A stretch of DNA of 28,339 nt from Armatimonadota bacterium (GCA_034722055.1 JAYENL010000216.1:1-28339), one strand, 5' to 3'; numbered from the stretch's first letter, positions 1 to 9,217 are shown. A program made the numbers and translations. Notes: generated from the sequence alone by a model not told the origin.

Positions 1-1179
1 TACGGGCCGGCGGTCTCCGAGTACGGTCAGTTTCTGTCGCTGTGCGTTCGCTACGTCGATCTCACCGGCGATCTGCGCTGGTGGCGCCGCCGCGAAAGCC
101 GCCTGCGACGGGTGTGGGAGCGGCTCTTGGCACTGCGCGCGGACTCGCTTCACGACGAGGAGGCTCCCGAGCACGCCCGCGGCCTCATTCCCGGCCTGCC
201 GGAGGCCGACTACCACGGCAGCGAGGAGCAGTGGCGCGAGTACTATTACTCCGGCGACGCCTGGGCGGTCCGCGGGCTCAGCGATATCGCCCGGGTCCTG
301 CGACGGGCCGGTCGCCGGGAGGAGGCGGCGCTCATCTCTGAACGCGTGTCTGCCTACAGGCGGGACCTGCTGAAGTCCGTTTCCGAGTGTTGCAGTGTCG
401 TGGACGGCGAGGTCTACGTGCCCCCCGGCCCCACGCAGCGCGAGCCCATCCAACGCATGACGGGTGACCGCCACTCGTCCTACTGTAACTACCGCTACCT
501 CGCGGAGATGGTCTCGGCCGGGGTGCTGGAACCGAAGACGATGCGGCAGGTCATCGACTGGCGGCGCAGCCACGGCGGCGCGCTGCTTGCCATGACGCGC
601 TTCCGCGATCACCTCGACGACTGGCCGGTCCTCAACTGGGCGCGGGCGATGGTAGAGGTCGGGGACGTGGCGCACTTCCAGCTCCTGCTCTACGCGCACC
701 TGGCTCACCACCAGGCTGCAGGGTGGCTGGCGGCGCCGGAGCAGGCCAATATCACACCGGACGAGAGCGGGCTGCGGAGCTACTACAGCGGGCAGGTGGT
801 GCCGTGCCAGGTGACGCCGGCCCTGATGCTGCGCTGGGCCCTGCTGTACGAGCTGCGCGACGAGGACACGCTGCTGGTGGCGCCGGCGGTTCCGGCGCAT
901 TGGATCGCACATGGGCTGAGCGCGGAGGACCTGCCGACGCGTTGGGGGCCTGTTGACCTGTCGATGGAGCGCGCCCACGGGCGTATTGAGCTGCGGATGC
1001 GGCTGCCGGACGCCTTCGACGGGGAGGTACGCGTGCGCATCCCTGCGCCGCCGGATGCGCGGGTGGAGGCCATCGCGGTGGAGGGTGCGGGAGAGTGGCG
1101 CGCTCTGCCCGGCGTCGCCAGCGTGCGGCTCACGGCGGGTGGAGAGCTGGCGGTCTCAGGCGAGCTTCGGGGGAGATAA
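1..1179 (+). CDS. 5'-truncated putative (alpha/alpha)6-barrel glycoside hydrolase-like protein with C-terminal beta domain
   Basis: The frame is open from base 1 (YGPAVSEYGQF...) into ORF 112..1179. The C-terminal 'LLVAPAVPAHW...LPTRWGPVDL' segment resembles the tail of six-hairpin glycosidases. GC3-biased codons. Confidence 0.6.
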   Translation, partial: YGPAVSEYGQFLSLCVRYVDLTGDLRWWRRRESRLRRVWERLLALRADSLHDEEAPEHARGLIPGLPEADYHGSEEQWREYYYSGDAWAVRGLSDIARVLRRAGRREEAALISERVSAYRRDLLKSVSECCSVVDGEVYVPPGPTQREPIQRMTGDRHSSYCNYRYLAEMVSAGVLEPKTMRQVIDWRRSHGGALLAMTRFRDHLDDWPVLNWARAMVEVGDVAHFQLLLYAHLAHHQAAGWLAAPEQANITPDESGLRSYYSGQVVPCQVTPALMLRWALLYELRDEDTLLVAPAVPAHWIAHGLSAEDLPTRWGPVDLSMERAHGRIELRMRLPDAFDGEVRVRIPAPPDARVEAIAVEGAGEWRALPGVASVRLTAGGELAVSGELRGR

Positions 1180-1261
1180 GGGGCGGGTACGCCGAGGCTC
1201 ACACGGCGCAGAGCCGCGCCACAGCCCAACGCAGAGGCGTGCCGCGGGGTAGTAGACGTCG

Positions 1262-2905
1262 TCAGCCGCCGCTGTCCTGAAGCTGCTGGAGCATCTCCCT
1301 CAGCAGCACGGCCTCCCACTCCGCAGCGGCGATCCATGAGTGCAGCTCGATGTCCGGTCGGCAGGAGCTGATCACGGGCGCCCGCTCCGGGTCCTCCTCA
1401 TTCCACAGCTTCAGCCGGACATGCTCCATCAGCCTGAGCGCGAGGCTTCGCCACGGCTCGGTCTCGTCGGTGGCCCCCGCGATGCGCAGCAGCGATGCCG
1501 CGGCCATAAACCGGCACCACGTGAAGCTGGAGAACAGCAGGCCCCCGCCCTCGCGCTGGTACTGAAGGTCGATGGTCTCGCGCGGCTCGCGCTCGTCGAT
1601 GCGGCAGGTGCACAGATACCACCGCGCCGCACGCCACAGCGCCTGCTGCACCCGCCGGTCCTCCAGCACATTCATGGTCTCTGCGGCCACCAGGAAGTGA
1701 TACAGGCCCATCCCCTGGTCGGGCACGTTCTGCTCGCCGAAGCGCTGCCCGCGGCCGATCTCGGCGAAGGTGTAGGGCCAGACGCCGATGGCCTCCTGAC
1801 CCTCCAGATAGTGCCCCAAGCCCCTTTGCGCTGCGGCCAGCCACTGCCCTGGCACCTCCCGCCCCAGCCGCGTGAGCGTGGTGTGCGCCCGCGACAGCGC
1901 CATGGCCGCCAGGGCGTTTGAGTTCTGGCAGTCGTGGGTGGCTCCCTCGTGGTGGGCGAAGACCCCCGGCCGCAGCTCGCTGCGCAGCACCCAATCGCCG
2001 CCCATCTGCAGGCGCGTCAGGTCCACCTCGCCCGGCTCCAGGCCGGCGTCGATGGCGGTGCACAGCAGGTTGATGATGATGGCGGTATCCACGCCATCCA
2101 CCGGCGGCAGCGGCTGGGTGATGCGAGTGAAGTCCACCTGGTGGTCGCCGCCCCACTTGCCGGAGACCATGTGCGCCCAGCCGCCGCGCCGCTGGCCCTC
2201 GGTGTGCTGGCCGCCGTAGACGTAGCTGCGCGCCATGCGTGCGCGTTGCAGCCACTGGTCATCGGCGCTCTCCCGCCAGGCGTGTGTGAAGGCCACGGCC
2301 GCGGCGGCGGCGTCCCGGAAGTCGTACTTGTCCTCCTCCGAGTAGATCGCCCCGAAGTGGGGATCCTCCTGGTCGGTCACCTGCCTGCGCTCGCACCAGT
2401 GCAGCAGCGCATCAAACATCCCTCGGAGACCTCGGGCGCCGAACCCCCGACGGGTCACCATGGGCCAGAACTGGTCCCAGCGCCGGAGCGCCTCGCTGGC
2501 CTCGGCGCCGATGTCGCGGACGTACTCGCGGAACAGCGGCGCCGTGCGGGCGTCGGGGAGCGTTGCCCAGAGCGGATGAACCAGGACCTCAGCAACCGGA
2601 CAGGGCTGCTCGGGCGCCCCGGCGCGGAGGTAGAGGCTCAGCATCTGCGAGGAGAGGTCGAGGGGCGGCAGTGGCACGAGGTCGCCGTGCGCCGGGACGG
2701 CCTCGAAGTGCAGACCGTCGTGGCTCACGTCCAGGCTCTCCCGCGGCCGTGGAAGGACCAACGTGACGGCGGGACGTCGCATCGGAAGCGAGAGGCCGTT
2801 CACCTCCAGGCTCCAGATGTCGTGCTCCCGGGGCGGATCGAAGGGATGCCCGTGATAGAACCACGGCAGCTTTGCGGCGAAGTCGTCGGCCCTCAGCCGG
2901 AGCAT
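1262..2905 (-). CDS. Uncharacterised 547-aa protein, probable alpha/alpha toroid
   Basis: AAGGAGGT RBS before ATG 2905, 11 nt after the upstream stop. Repeated helix-plus-aromatic motifs (GGWAH, GVFAHH, GVWPY) suggest a helical barrel. Function not recognised. Confidence 0.65.
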   Translation of the reverse strand: MLRLRADDFAAKLPWFYHGHPFDPPREHDIWSLEVNGLSLPMRRPAVTLVLPRPRESLDVSHDGLHFEAVPAHGDLVPLPPLDLSSQMLSLYLRAGAPEQPCPVAEVLVHPLWATLPDARTAPLFREYVRDIGAEASEALRRWDQFWPMVTRRGFGARGLRGMFDALLHWCERRQVTDQEDPHFGAIYSEEDKYDFRDAAAAAVAFTHAWRESADDQWLQRARMARSYVYGGQHTEGQRRGGWAHMVSGKWGGDHQVDFTRITQPLPPVDGVDTAIIINLLCTAIDAGLEPGEVDLTRLQMGGDWVLRSELRPGVFAHHEGATHDCQNSNALAAMALSRAHTTLTRLGREVPGQWLAAAQRGLGHYLEGQEAIGVWPYTFAEIGRGQRFGEQNVPDQGMGLYHFLVAAETMNVLEDRRVQQALWRAARWYLCTCRIDEREPRETIDLQYQREGGGLLFSSFTWCRFMAAASLLRIAGATDETEPWRSLALRLMEHVRLKLWNEEDPERAPVISSCRPDIELHSWIAAAEWEAVLLREMLQQLQDSGG

Positions 2906-2916
2906 CGGCGACCTCC

Positions 2917-4134
2917 TTAGAGCGCGTCCAGTCCCTCCACGTAGCCCCGCGCCAGTTGGCGCCCGACCTCGACGTAGCTGTCCCGGGGGGTCGGCTGACC
3001 GGGGAGGCGCTCCAGCAGCAGCGTCTCGGTCAGGAAGCCGTGGCGGACCAGGCCGCGGTCCATGGCCTTTCGCGGCAGCCGTGCGGGGGTCTTCGGGGGG
3101 CCTGCATCGCGGAGCTGGAAGCCCAGACGGCCGCGGAGCGCGGCGTTGATCGTGTCAGTCCCCGGCCCGAAATCGGCGAACTGCTCCATCTCTCTGCGAT
3201 GCCGGCCGTTGTGCAGGCTGACCAGCAGCTCCGGGCGCAGGCGCTCCAGGGTCCCCCAGAGCCCCTGCTGCTCGGGGGTCGCGCGCTCGCCCCAGGTCGC
3301 GGACAGATTCACCCCGGGACTGTCGGTGATGCCGGGCGAGACGTTGAAGTAGGTGCGGCCGAACAGCACCCCATCGACGTTGAGGATGGGGACGAAGACG
3401 AAGTCGTAGCGCTGGAGCCAGTCACGGTGGCTCAGCACCTCCCGCATGAAGCCCTCGCAGGCGTACATCCCAGCCGTCTCCGCGGCGTGCTCCCCCGCCA
3501 CCACGAGTAGCGTGCGCCGCTCATCGGCAGGGCCCGGCCCGGTCATCCTCGCCATGGTCACCGGGTATCCCGTCGCGGTGCTGTGCGCCGAACCAGCGAC
3601 AGTGGAGACCTCCACGACATCCGGCCGTGAGGCGCGCAGCTCCCGGAGCAGCCGGTCGCGGTAATCCAGCGTGAAGGGCGTGGGACAGGCGAACCAGATG
3701 CGCGGCGCGTCCAGCCTCAGCCGGTAGCGAACGCCGTAGGGGACGTGCGTGGCGTCGCCGTAGGCCGCGTCGATCTCGCGGTGCCCTGTCGGGGTCCACT
3801 CGATGATCTCAAGTTGCTCGCTCGGAAATGGCAGCCAGCGCTCCCCGTCATCGGACCACACGGTGGCGCTCTCGTGCCAGGGCGTGCGGCCCTCGTGGTT
3901 GAAGTCCGCCACCTCCAGCGTGATCTCGCGGCCGTCGCCGGGGGAGTCAATGGTGAACAGGAATCGCCAGGCGTAGGGCGCCAGGCCGGTCCGTGATCGG
4001 AAGCGATAGTGATCGCTCGCCACCCGAGTGAAGTCATGAGCGTTGCCGCAGTGCAGCGTCGAGTCCAGCGTGACATCGCCGAACTCGGCACGCTCTCCCC
4101 CGGGTCGCCAGTCGGCGTAGGACCATCCACACAT
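2917..4134 (-). CDS. M14-family zinc carboxypeptidase/deacylase-like protein with N-terminal beta domain
   Basis: HxxE motif (GEHAAE), 'VPILNVDG' and third-ligand 'SLHNG'. GAGGT RBS before ATG 4134. Confidence 0.75.
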   Translation of the reverse strand: MCGWSYADWRPGGERAEFGDVTLDSTLHCGNAHDFTRVASDHYRFRSRTGLAPYAWRFLFTIDSPGDGREITLEVADFNHEGRTPWHESATVWSDDGERWLPFPSEQLEIIEWTPTGHREIDAAYGDATHVPYGVRYRLRLDAPRIWFACPTPFTLDYRDRLLRELRASRPDVVEVSTVAGSAHSTATGYPVTMARMTGPGPADERRTLLVVAGEHAAETAGMYACEGFMREVLSHRDWLQRYDFVFVPILNVDGVLFGRTYFNVSPGITDSPGVNLSATWGERATPEQQGLWGTLERLRPELLVSLHNGRHRREMEQFADFGPGTDTINAALRGRLGFQLRDAGPPKTPARLPRKAMDRGLVRHGFLTETLLLERLPGQPTPRDSYVEVGRQLARGYVEGLDAL

Positions 4135-4145
4135 GCTCGCGGACC

Positions 4146-5114
4146 TCAGATGGCGATGGGCTCGCCGGCCTCCCCGGATCGCGCGCAGGCCAGGGTGACG
4201 GCGAGAGTGTTTGCACTGTCGGCGTACGGCGACAGGACTCCTGAGTCACCGCCGGTCTTGACGGCCTCGATGAAGGCCAGGTCCTCGAAGCGATGCGCGG
4301 GCCCCTCAAAGGGCTCGATATGCTCCTCACCGTCCGCGGTGGAGATGGTGAGGCTCTTGCCCTGCCACAGCACGCGGCGGTCCTGCGTCAGCACCTCCGC
4401 CCCATTGCCCGGCGGCGCGCCATCGGTCAGCGCGTAGCAGTTGGTGATGGTCCCCAGCGCGCCGCCGGCAAAGCGCACGCAGGCCACGCCCACGTCATCA
4501 TTGTCCCAGTCCTCGACGCCCACGTGGACCACGTTGTTCTGCCAGCCGAAGACCTCCACGATCTCCCCGACCGCGTACCGGACCGTGTCCACGATGTGCG
4601 TGACCTGCTCCACCACCTGCCCGCCGGACTTGGCCTTGTAGCGGTTGAAGGGAATGCGCGGGGTGCCCTGATACCACCACATGTTCACCAGCACCGGCGT
4701 GCGGCCCTTCAGCGCCTTCCGGAAGGCCTGCCCGGACGGTGTATAGCGCCACTGATAGCCCACCATGGTGATCAGTTGCTGCCGCTGGACCTCGGCGGCG
4801 ACGTCCTCCGCCAGCGACAGGTCGAGAGCCTGCGGCTTCTCGACGAAGAACGGTGTGCCGGTCTCCAGGCAGGCCCGCTCCGCCTGGCCGTGGGCGTTCG
4901 GCGGAATGGCGATGTAGACGGCGTCGCAGCGCTGGCAGACCTCGCGCTCGGTATGCACGGCCTCGCCACCGAAATCCTCCGCGAAGGCCTCTGCGGCCTC
5001 TCGGTCCACATCGTAGTAGGCGGTGAGCCGGACGTCGGGGTGATCGCCCAGCGTAGGACCGATGTGGGCGTTGCGCATGATCTTGCCACAGCCGATGACT
5101 CCGATCTTCACCAT
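4146..5114 (-). CDS. Gfo/Idh/MocA-family NAD(P)-dependent oxidoreductase (322 aa)
   Basis: MVKIGVIGCGKI Rossmann start, FVEKP motif, MVGYQWRY, GGQVVEQVTHIVD. Start set at ATG 5114 with a GGAG RBS; the 810-aa extension in the ORF track is rejected. Confidence 0.9.
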   Translation of the reverse strand: MVKIGVIGCGKIMRNAHIGPTLGDHPDVRLTAYYDVDREAAEAFAEDFGGEAVHTEREVCQRCDAVYIAIPPNAHGQAERACLETGTPFFVEKPQALDLSLAEDVAAEVQRQQLITMVGYQWRYTPSGQAFRKALKGRTPVLVNMWWYQGTPRIPFNRYKAKSGGQVVEQVTHIVDTVRYAVGEIVEVFGWQNNVVHVGVEDWDNDDVGVACVRFAGGALGTITNCYALTDGAPPGNGAEVLTQDRRVLWQGKSLTISTADGEEHIEPFEGPAHRFEDLAFIEAVKTGGDSGVLSPYADSANTLAVTLACARSGEAGEPIAI

Positions 5115-5160
5115 TCGCGCCACTCCCGCGTCGGAGGTCTCAGTACGATCGGACGGCGCC

Positions 5161-5185
5161 TTCGCCGGGCGCCGGTGGCGCTCCT
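5161..5185 (-). promoter_or_regulatory. AGG-N19-GAA sigma-H-like promoter motif for the Gfo/Idh/MocA operon
   Basis: Minus strand GGAGG-agcgccaccggcgcccggc-GAA, 46 nt before the ATG. One of seven such sites. Confidence 0.55.
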
Positions 5186-5207
5186 CCTGCCCATGATGAC
5201 GACGCCG

Positions 5208-5375
5208 GGCCGGACGGTGGTCCGGCCCCTCCACGCGAGCTTCCGCTCGCGTCACGGCAGCCGTGACCGTCCGGAGCCCCGGGGCTCCAGACCCGCCGGC
5301 CCTCTGCTCCGGGCGCGCGTTGCAGAGGCCGTCTGTCGTCGTTGTCGTATGGAGAGGCCGGACCACCGTCCGGCC
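5208..5375. repeat. REP/REPIN-like element: 26-bp inverted repeats enclosing four hairpins
   Basis: 5208-5233 GGCCGGACGGTGGTCCGGCCCCTCCA and 5350-5375 TGGAGAGGCCGGACCACCGTCCGGCC are reverse complements with 1 mismatch. Each arm is itself a hairpin. Confidence 0.8.
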
Positions 5376-5389
5376 TGCCGTTCCCGTCG

Positions 5390-5418
5390 TTGCCTCACTG
5401 GTGGGCGTGTGGTAGACT
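5390..5418 (+). promoter_or_regulatory. Sigma-70/sigma-A promoter (extended -10) for the mreB-like gene
   Basis: TTGCCT (5390-5395), 17-nt spacer, TAGACT (5413-5418), with TG at 5410-5411. Confidence 0.6.
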
Positions 5419-5465
5419 GCTGTGCGTGTCCGATGGTCCATCCGGGCGTGGAGGGTCTGAGGCCC

Positions 5466-6488
5466 GTGCTGCGTCGGCTGTTGCCGTGGAAAACCAGGCT
5501 GGCCATTGACGTGGGGACGGCGTCCTGCCACATCAGCGTGCAGGACGCGGGGCTGGTGGTGCGGGAGCCCACGGTGATCGCCTTTGAGACGAAGCGTCGG
5601 CGGCCCATCGCCTACGGCGCGGAGGCCAAGGAGATGCTTGACCGCGAGGTCTCCGACGTGGAGGTCGTCCGGCCCCTGGACGGTGGGGTGGTGGCGGACT
5701 TCGACGCCGCCGTGCTGCTGCTGCGGCATCTCATCCACCAGGCGCTGGGCCACCGGCCCCTCCTGGCGCCCACCGCCGTGACGGGCGAGCCGACGCGCGC
5801 CACGCAGGTGGAGCGGCGGGCGCTGGTCAACGCCCTGCGGTCCGCGGGCGTGGGCGAGGTCATCCCGGTGCCGCGCGCGCTGGCCGCCGCCATCGGCGCC
5901 GGCCTGCCCATGGACCAGCCGGAGTGCCGCCTGGTGGTGGACATGGGCGCAGGCTCCACCGACATCGCGGTCGTCTCCGGCGGCATGATCGCCGCCGGTG
6001 AGGCCCTCCGCTATGGCGGCGATGACCTCGATGAGGCCATCCGCCGACACGTCAAGCGCCGCTACCGGACCGACATCGGACTGGCCCGCGCGGAGGACAT
6101 CAAGATCATGGCCGGCGCACTGAGCCCGGAGATGATCGGCGAGCAGGTGCGGCTGGCCGACGTGGCCGGTGACGAGACCGAGGACGGCTCGCAGCGGTTG
6201 GAGGGGATCGCGGAGCTGATGCGCGGCGCGCTCAAGCCCGCCGTCGGCGAGATCCTGTGGGTACTGGAGGAGCTGCCGGAGCGGCAGGTTGACGAGATCA
6301 GCCCCGTTGACTGCACCCTCACCGGAGGCTGCGCGCTGCTCCGCGGCATCACCGCGCTGCTGTCCGAGGAGCTGGCCCTGAGCTTCATCGCCGCGCCCGA
6401 CCCCATGTCCTGCACCATCCTGGGGCTGGAGGCCATCAGCAATGACCTCGACGCCCTCAGCCTCGACGGCCGCCGCTTCACGCGCTGA
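5466..6488 (+). CDS. mreB: Divergent MreB/Mbl-family actin-like protein (paralog, about 340 aa)
   Basis: LAIDVGT, EPTVIA, RPLDGGVVADF, AAAIGAGLP, VVDMGAGSTD, GGDDLDEAI, LTGGCALLRG. Start is probably GTG 5466 (GGAGG/GAGG upstream); ATG 5433 is an alternative. Confidence 0.85.
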   Translation: MLRRLLPWKTRLAIDVGTASCHISVQDAGLVVREPTVIAFETKRRRPIAYGAEAKEMLDREVSDVEVVRPLDGGVVADFDAAVLLLRHLIHQALGHRPLLAPTAVTGEPTRATQVERRALVNALRSAGVGEVIPVPRALAAAIGAGLPMDQPECRLVVDMGAGSTDIAVVSGGMIAAGEALRYGGDDLDEAIRRHVKRRYRTDIGLARAEDIKIMAGALSPEMIGEQVRLADVAGDETEDGSQRLEGIAELMRGALKPAVGEILWVLEELPERQVDEISPVDCTLTGGCALLRGITALLSEELALSFIAAPDPMSCTILGLEAISNDLDALSLDGRRFTR

Positions 6489-6538
6489 GGCCCGCCTGCT
6501 GTGACGCCTCATGGCTGGGTCGGGAGAGGGATGCGCGC

Positions 6539-8020
6539 ATGTCCCATGCCGGGCATCGCACGCGCAACATCGTGGCAATCGGCGGAGGCGGCTTCTCTGA
6601 GGAGCCGGACAACCCTCTGCTCGACGACTTCATCCTGTCACTGGCCGGCAGGGACAGGCCCCGGGCGTGCTTCCTGGGCACAGCCAGCGGCGACTCCCAG
6701 CAATACCTCGACAAGTTCTACGTTGCGTTCCCCGAGGGCCGGGCCAGGGCCTGCGACCTGAGCCTGTTCCGCAAGTCCGAGATCTCTGACCTCGAGGCGT
6801 TCCTGCTTGACCGGGATGTCATCTACGTCGGCGGCGGCAGCACCGTGAACATGCTGGCCGTGTGGCGCGTGCATGGCGTGGACCGCGCCCTGCGCCGGGC
6901 GTGGGAGGCGGGCGTCATCCTGGCCGGCATCAGCGCGGGGATGGTCTGCTGGTTCGAGGCGAGTCTGACCTACTCCCGCGGCGGTGCCCTCGGTCCGCTG
7001 GACGACGGTCTCGGGCTGCTGCCCGGCAGCGCCTGTCCGCACTATGACCGCACGCCGCATCAGCGCCAGGTCCTCCATCGATGCATCGCCAACAGCGACC
7101 TCCCCGACGGCGTCGCGGCCGACGACGGGGCCGCCCTGCACTTCGTCGGGACGGAGCTGGTGGAGGCGATCAGCTCCCGGCCCGGCGCGGGCGCCTACAT
7201 TGTCCGCCGGGAGGGCGATCGGGCGGTCGAGACGGCTCTGGACACGCGCTATCTGGGCGATGATGCCGAACCGCGTATCCCGCCAGTCGGAGCGAGCCGG
7301 GAGAGCGCACCCGCCGCATCGCACTTCATCGGCATCGACATCGCGGCCGCCAGGCCCTGTGATGTCATCGTCGCCGACGGGGACCTGCGTGTCCTGGAGA
7401 TGATGCGCTGTGGCGGACCGGAGGCGGCGGCCCGGGATCTGCACCAGCGCTTCCCGCACGCCGTCATCGCGGTGGACGCCTCCCGGGCGCCGAACGCCGG
7501 GCTCATGGACCAGGCCGACTATCGTGCCGAACTCAGGCCTGTCCCGCCCCCGGAGAGGTACCATGACTGCCGTGTGGCCGAGTATGAGCTGATCCGCCGC
7601 GGCGTCAGCCTCTATCTGACCCCCTCGGGCGCTGTCCCGGCGTGGATGGAGGCGGGCTTCCGGTGGTACGAGGCGCTGTTCGCGGCAGGATACAGCGATC
7701 ACTCCAGGGGGAAGGCCACAGGGCCGGGGACGGTCATCGAGTACTACTCGCACGCCAGCTTCGTGGCGCTGCTGGGCGGCCGGCCGCCGAAGAAGTCATC
7801 GCCCGAGGGCCGGCGGCTGCGCGTGCAGGCCCTGCGCGAGGCGGGTATGGAGGCGGACTTCGGGATCATGACCGCGGATATGCTCGATGCTGCGGTGGGA
7901 TGCCTCACGGCCCGGCGCTTCGCGCGGGGAGAGGCCGCCGACTACGGCGACCCCCGGGAGGGCGTGCTGACCGTCGCCGCGAAGTTGCCCGACACCGTTC
8001 GCCCCCTGGAGATCGACTGA
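6539..8020 (+). CDS. Fusion of peptidase E (S51, GATase-like) with a C-terminal DUF429 (RNase H-like) domain
   Basis: N-half: FLGTASGD, YVGGGST, GISAG nucleophile, CPHY. C-half: FIGID, IAVDAS, CRVAEYEL, IEYYSH, DMLDAA, GDPREG. Confidence 0.8.
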   Translation: MSHAGHRTRNIVAIGGGGFSEEPDNPLLDDFILSLAGRDRPRACFLGTASGDSQQYLDKFYVAFPEGRARACDLSLFRKSEISDLEAFLLDRDVIYVGGGSTVNMLAVWRVHGVDRALRRAWEAGVILAGISAGMVCWFEASLTYSRGGALGPLDDGLGLLPGSACPHYDRTPHQRQVLHRCIANSDLPDGVAADDGAALHFVGTELVEAISSRPGAGAYIVRREGDRAVETALDTRYLGDDAEPRIPPVGASRESAPAASHFIGIDIAAARPCDVIVADGDLRVLEMMRCGGPEAAARDLHQRFPHAVIAVDASRAPNAGLMDQADYRAELRPVPPPERYHDCRVAEYELIRRGVSLYLTPSGAVPAWMEAGFRWYEALFAAGYSDHSRGKATGPGTVIEYYSHASFVALLGGRPPKKSSPEGRRLRVQALREAGMEADFGIMTADMLDAAVGCLTARRFARGEAADYGDPREGVLTVAAKLPDTVRPLEID

Positions 8021-8034
8021 CGGGAGGACATGAG

Positions 8035-8382
8035 ATGGCCGAGGATTGCATCTTCTGCAGGATAGCCGCCGGTGAGATCGACAGCGACATCGTGTACGAG
8101 GACGAGCACTGCGTGGCCTTCCGCGACATCAACCCTCAGGCGCCGGCACACCTGCTGGTGATCCCTCGGGTGCACGTCACCGGCCTGGCCTCAGCCGGGG
8201 ATGAGGACCGGGAGCTTCTGGGGCACCTGCTGCTGGTCGCCGCTGAGGTGGCGAGTCAGGAGGGCATCGCTGAGTCGGGGTACCGCACGGTCATCAACTG
8301 GGGCCCCGACAGCGGCATGGAGGTCCCGCACCTGCACGTGCACGTCCTGGGTGGTCGGAAGATGACCTGGCCGCCGGGATAG
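8035..8382 (+). CDS. hinT: Histidine triad (HIT) nucleotide-binding protein, HinT/PKCI type (115 aa)
   Basis: DCIFCRI start, AFRDINPQAPAHLLVIP, HLHVH triad, C-terminal WPPG. GGAGG RBS. Confidence 0.93.
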   Translation: MAEDCIFCRIAAGEIDSDIVYEDEHCVAFRDINPQAPAHLLVIPRVHVTGLASAGDEDRELLGHLLLVAAEVASQEGIAESGYRTVINWGPDSGMEVPHLHVHVLGGRKMTWPPG

Positions 8383-8458
8383 GCGGCTCAGAGGCCACAG
8401 GTTGCCTACCCCAGCGGCGATGCCCGCCGCGCTTGCCAACCCACGCGACCCGCAGGCG

Positions 8459-9217
8459 TCACACGTCGAAGATCTCGAAGGCCGCCCGGGCGGACTCGAT
8501 TGCGTCCCCCTTCGGTCGGTACTCGTGCGCCACATAGCCGTCGTAGCTGGACTCGGCGATGGCCCGGGCGATGGCCGGGTAGTAGATCTCCTGCTGGTCA
8601 TCGAGGTCGTTGCGCCCGGGGTTGCCGCCGGTGTGGAAGTGCCCGATCCACTGGATGTTCTCGGTGATGGTGCGGATCACGTCGCCCTCCATGATCTGCA
8701 TGTGATAGACGTCGTAGAGCACCTTGACCGCCGGCGAGTCCACCATGCGGCACACGTGCACTCCCCAGGGCGTTCTGTCGCACTGGTAGCCCTGGTGATC
8801 GACCTTCGAGTTGAGCAGCTCCATGCACAGCGTCACACCGGCCGCCTCGGCCTGCGGCGCCATGCGAGCGAGGATCTCCGCGCAGTACTCGGCGCCCCTC
8901 ATGTCCGAGAGCCCGAAGCGCCGGTTGCCGGAGAAGCAGCACAGCACCGGGACGTCGTTGTCGGCCGCCACCTGGATGCTCTCGGCCAGCTCATCGGCGA
9001 TGCGATCGTGGTTGTCTGGGTCGTTCATGCCATCGGCGAGCGAGTCGTGGCCGATGAGCAGCGAGACCTCCAGCCCGTGGTCCTTGACCATCGGGATCTG
9101 CTCGGGCTGCATCATCTCCATGGCGTCGTAGCCGATCTCCTTCGCCGCCTTCATAATCTCCTGCGGCTCGTAGCCCGAGCCGCCGACGAATGACCACCAG
9201 ACCAGTGACTGCCTCAT
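8459..9217 (-). CDS. Hydroxypyruvate isomerase (Hyi)-family sugar isomerase/epimerase, paralog 1 (252 aa)
   Basis: CMELLNS, LYDVYHMQIMEGD, HFHTGGNPGRN, HEYRP. AGGAGG RBS before ATG 9217. Confidence 0.88.
   Translation of the reverse strand: MRQSLVWWSFVGGSGYEPQEIMKAAKEIGYDAMEMMQPEQIPMVKDHGLEVSLLIGHDSLADGMNDPDNHDRIADELAESIQVAADNDVPVLCCFSGNRRFGLSDMRGAEYCAEILARMAPQAEAAGVTLCMELLNSKVDHQGYQCDRTPWGVHVCRMVDSPAVKVLYDVYHMQIMEGDVIRTITENIQWIGHFHTGGNPGRNDLDDQQEIYYPAIARAIAESSYDGYVAHEYRPKGDAIESARAAFEIFDV

Noticed and set aside
4146..6578. 810-aa ORF (and the 731-aa ORF 4293..6488) suggesting long fusions or overlapping genes
   Set aside because: The extensions are antisense shadows of the neighbouring real gene in GC-rich DNA. 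Recognisable domains begin at 5114 (-) and about 5466 (+), each with its own RBS and promoter.
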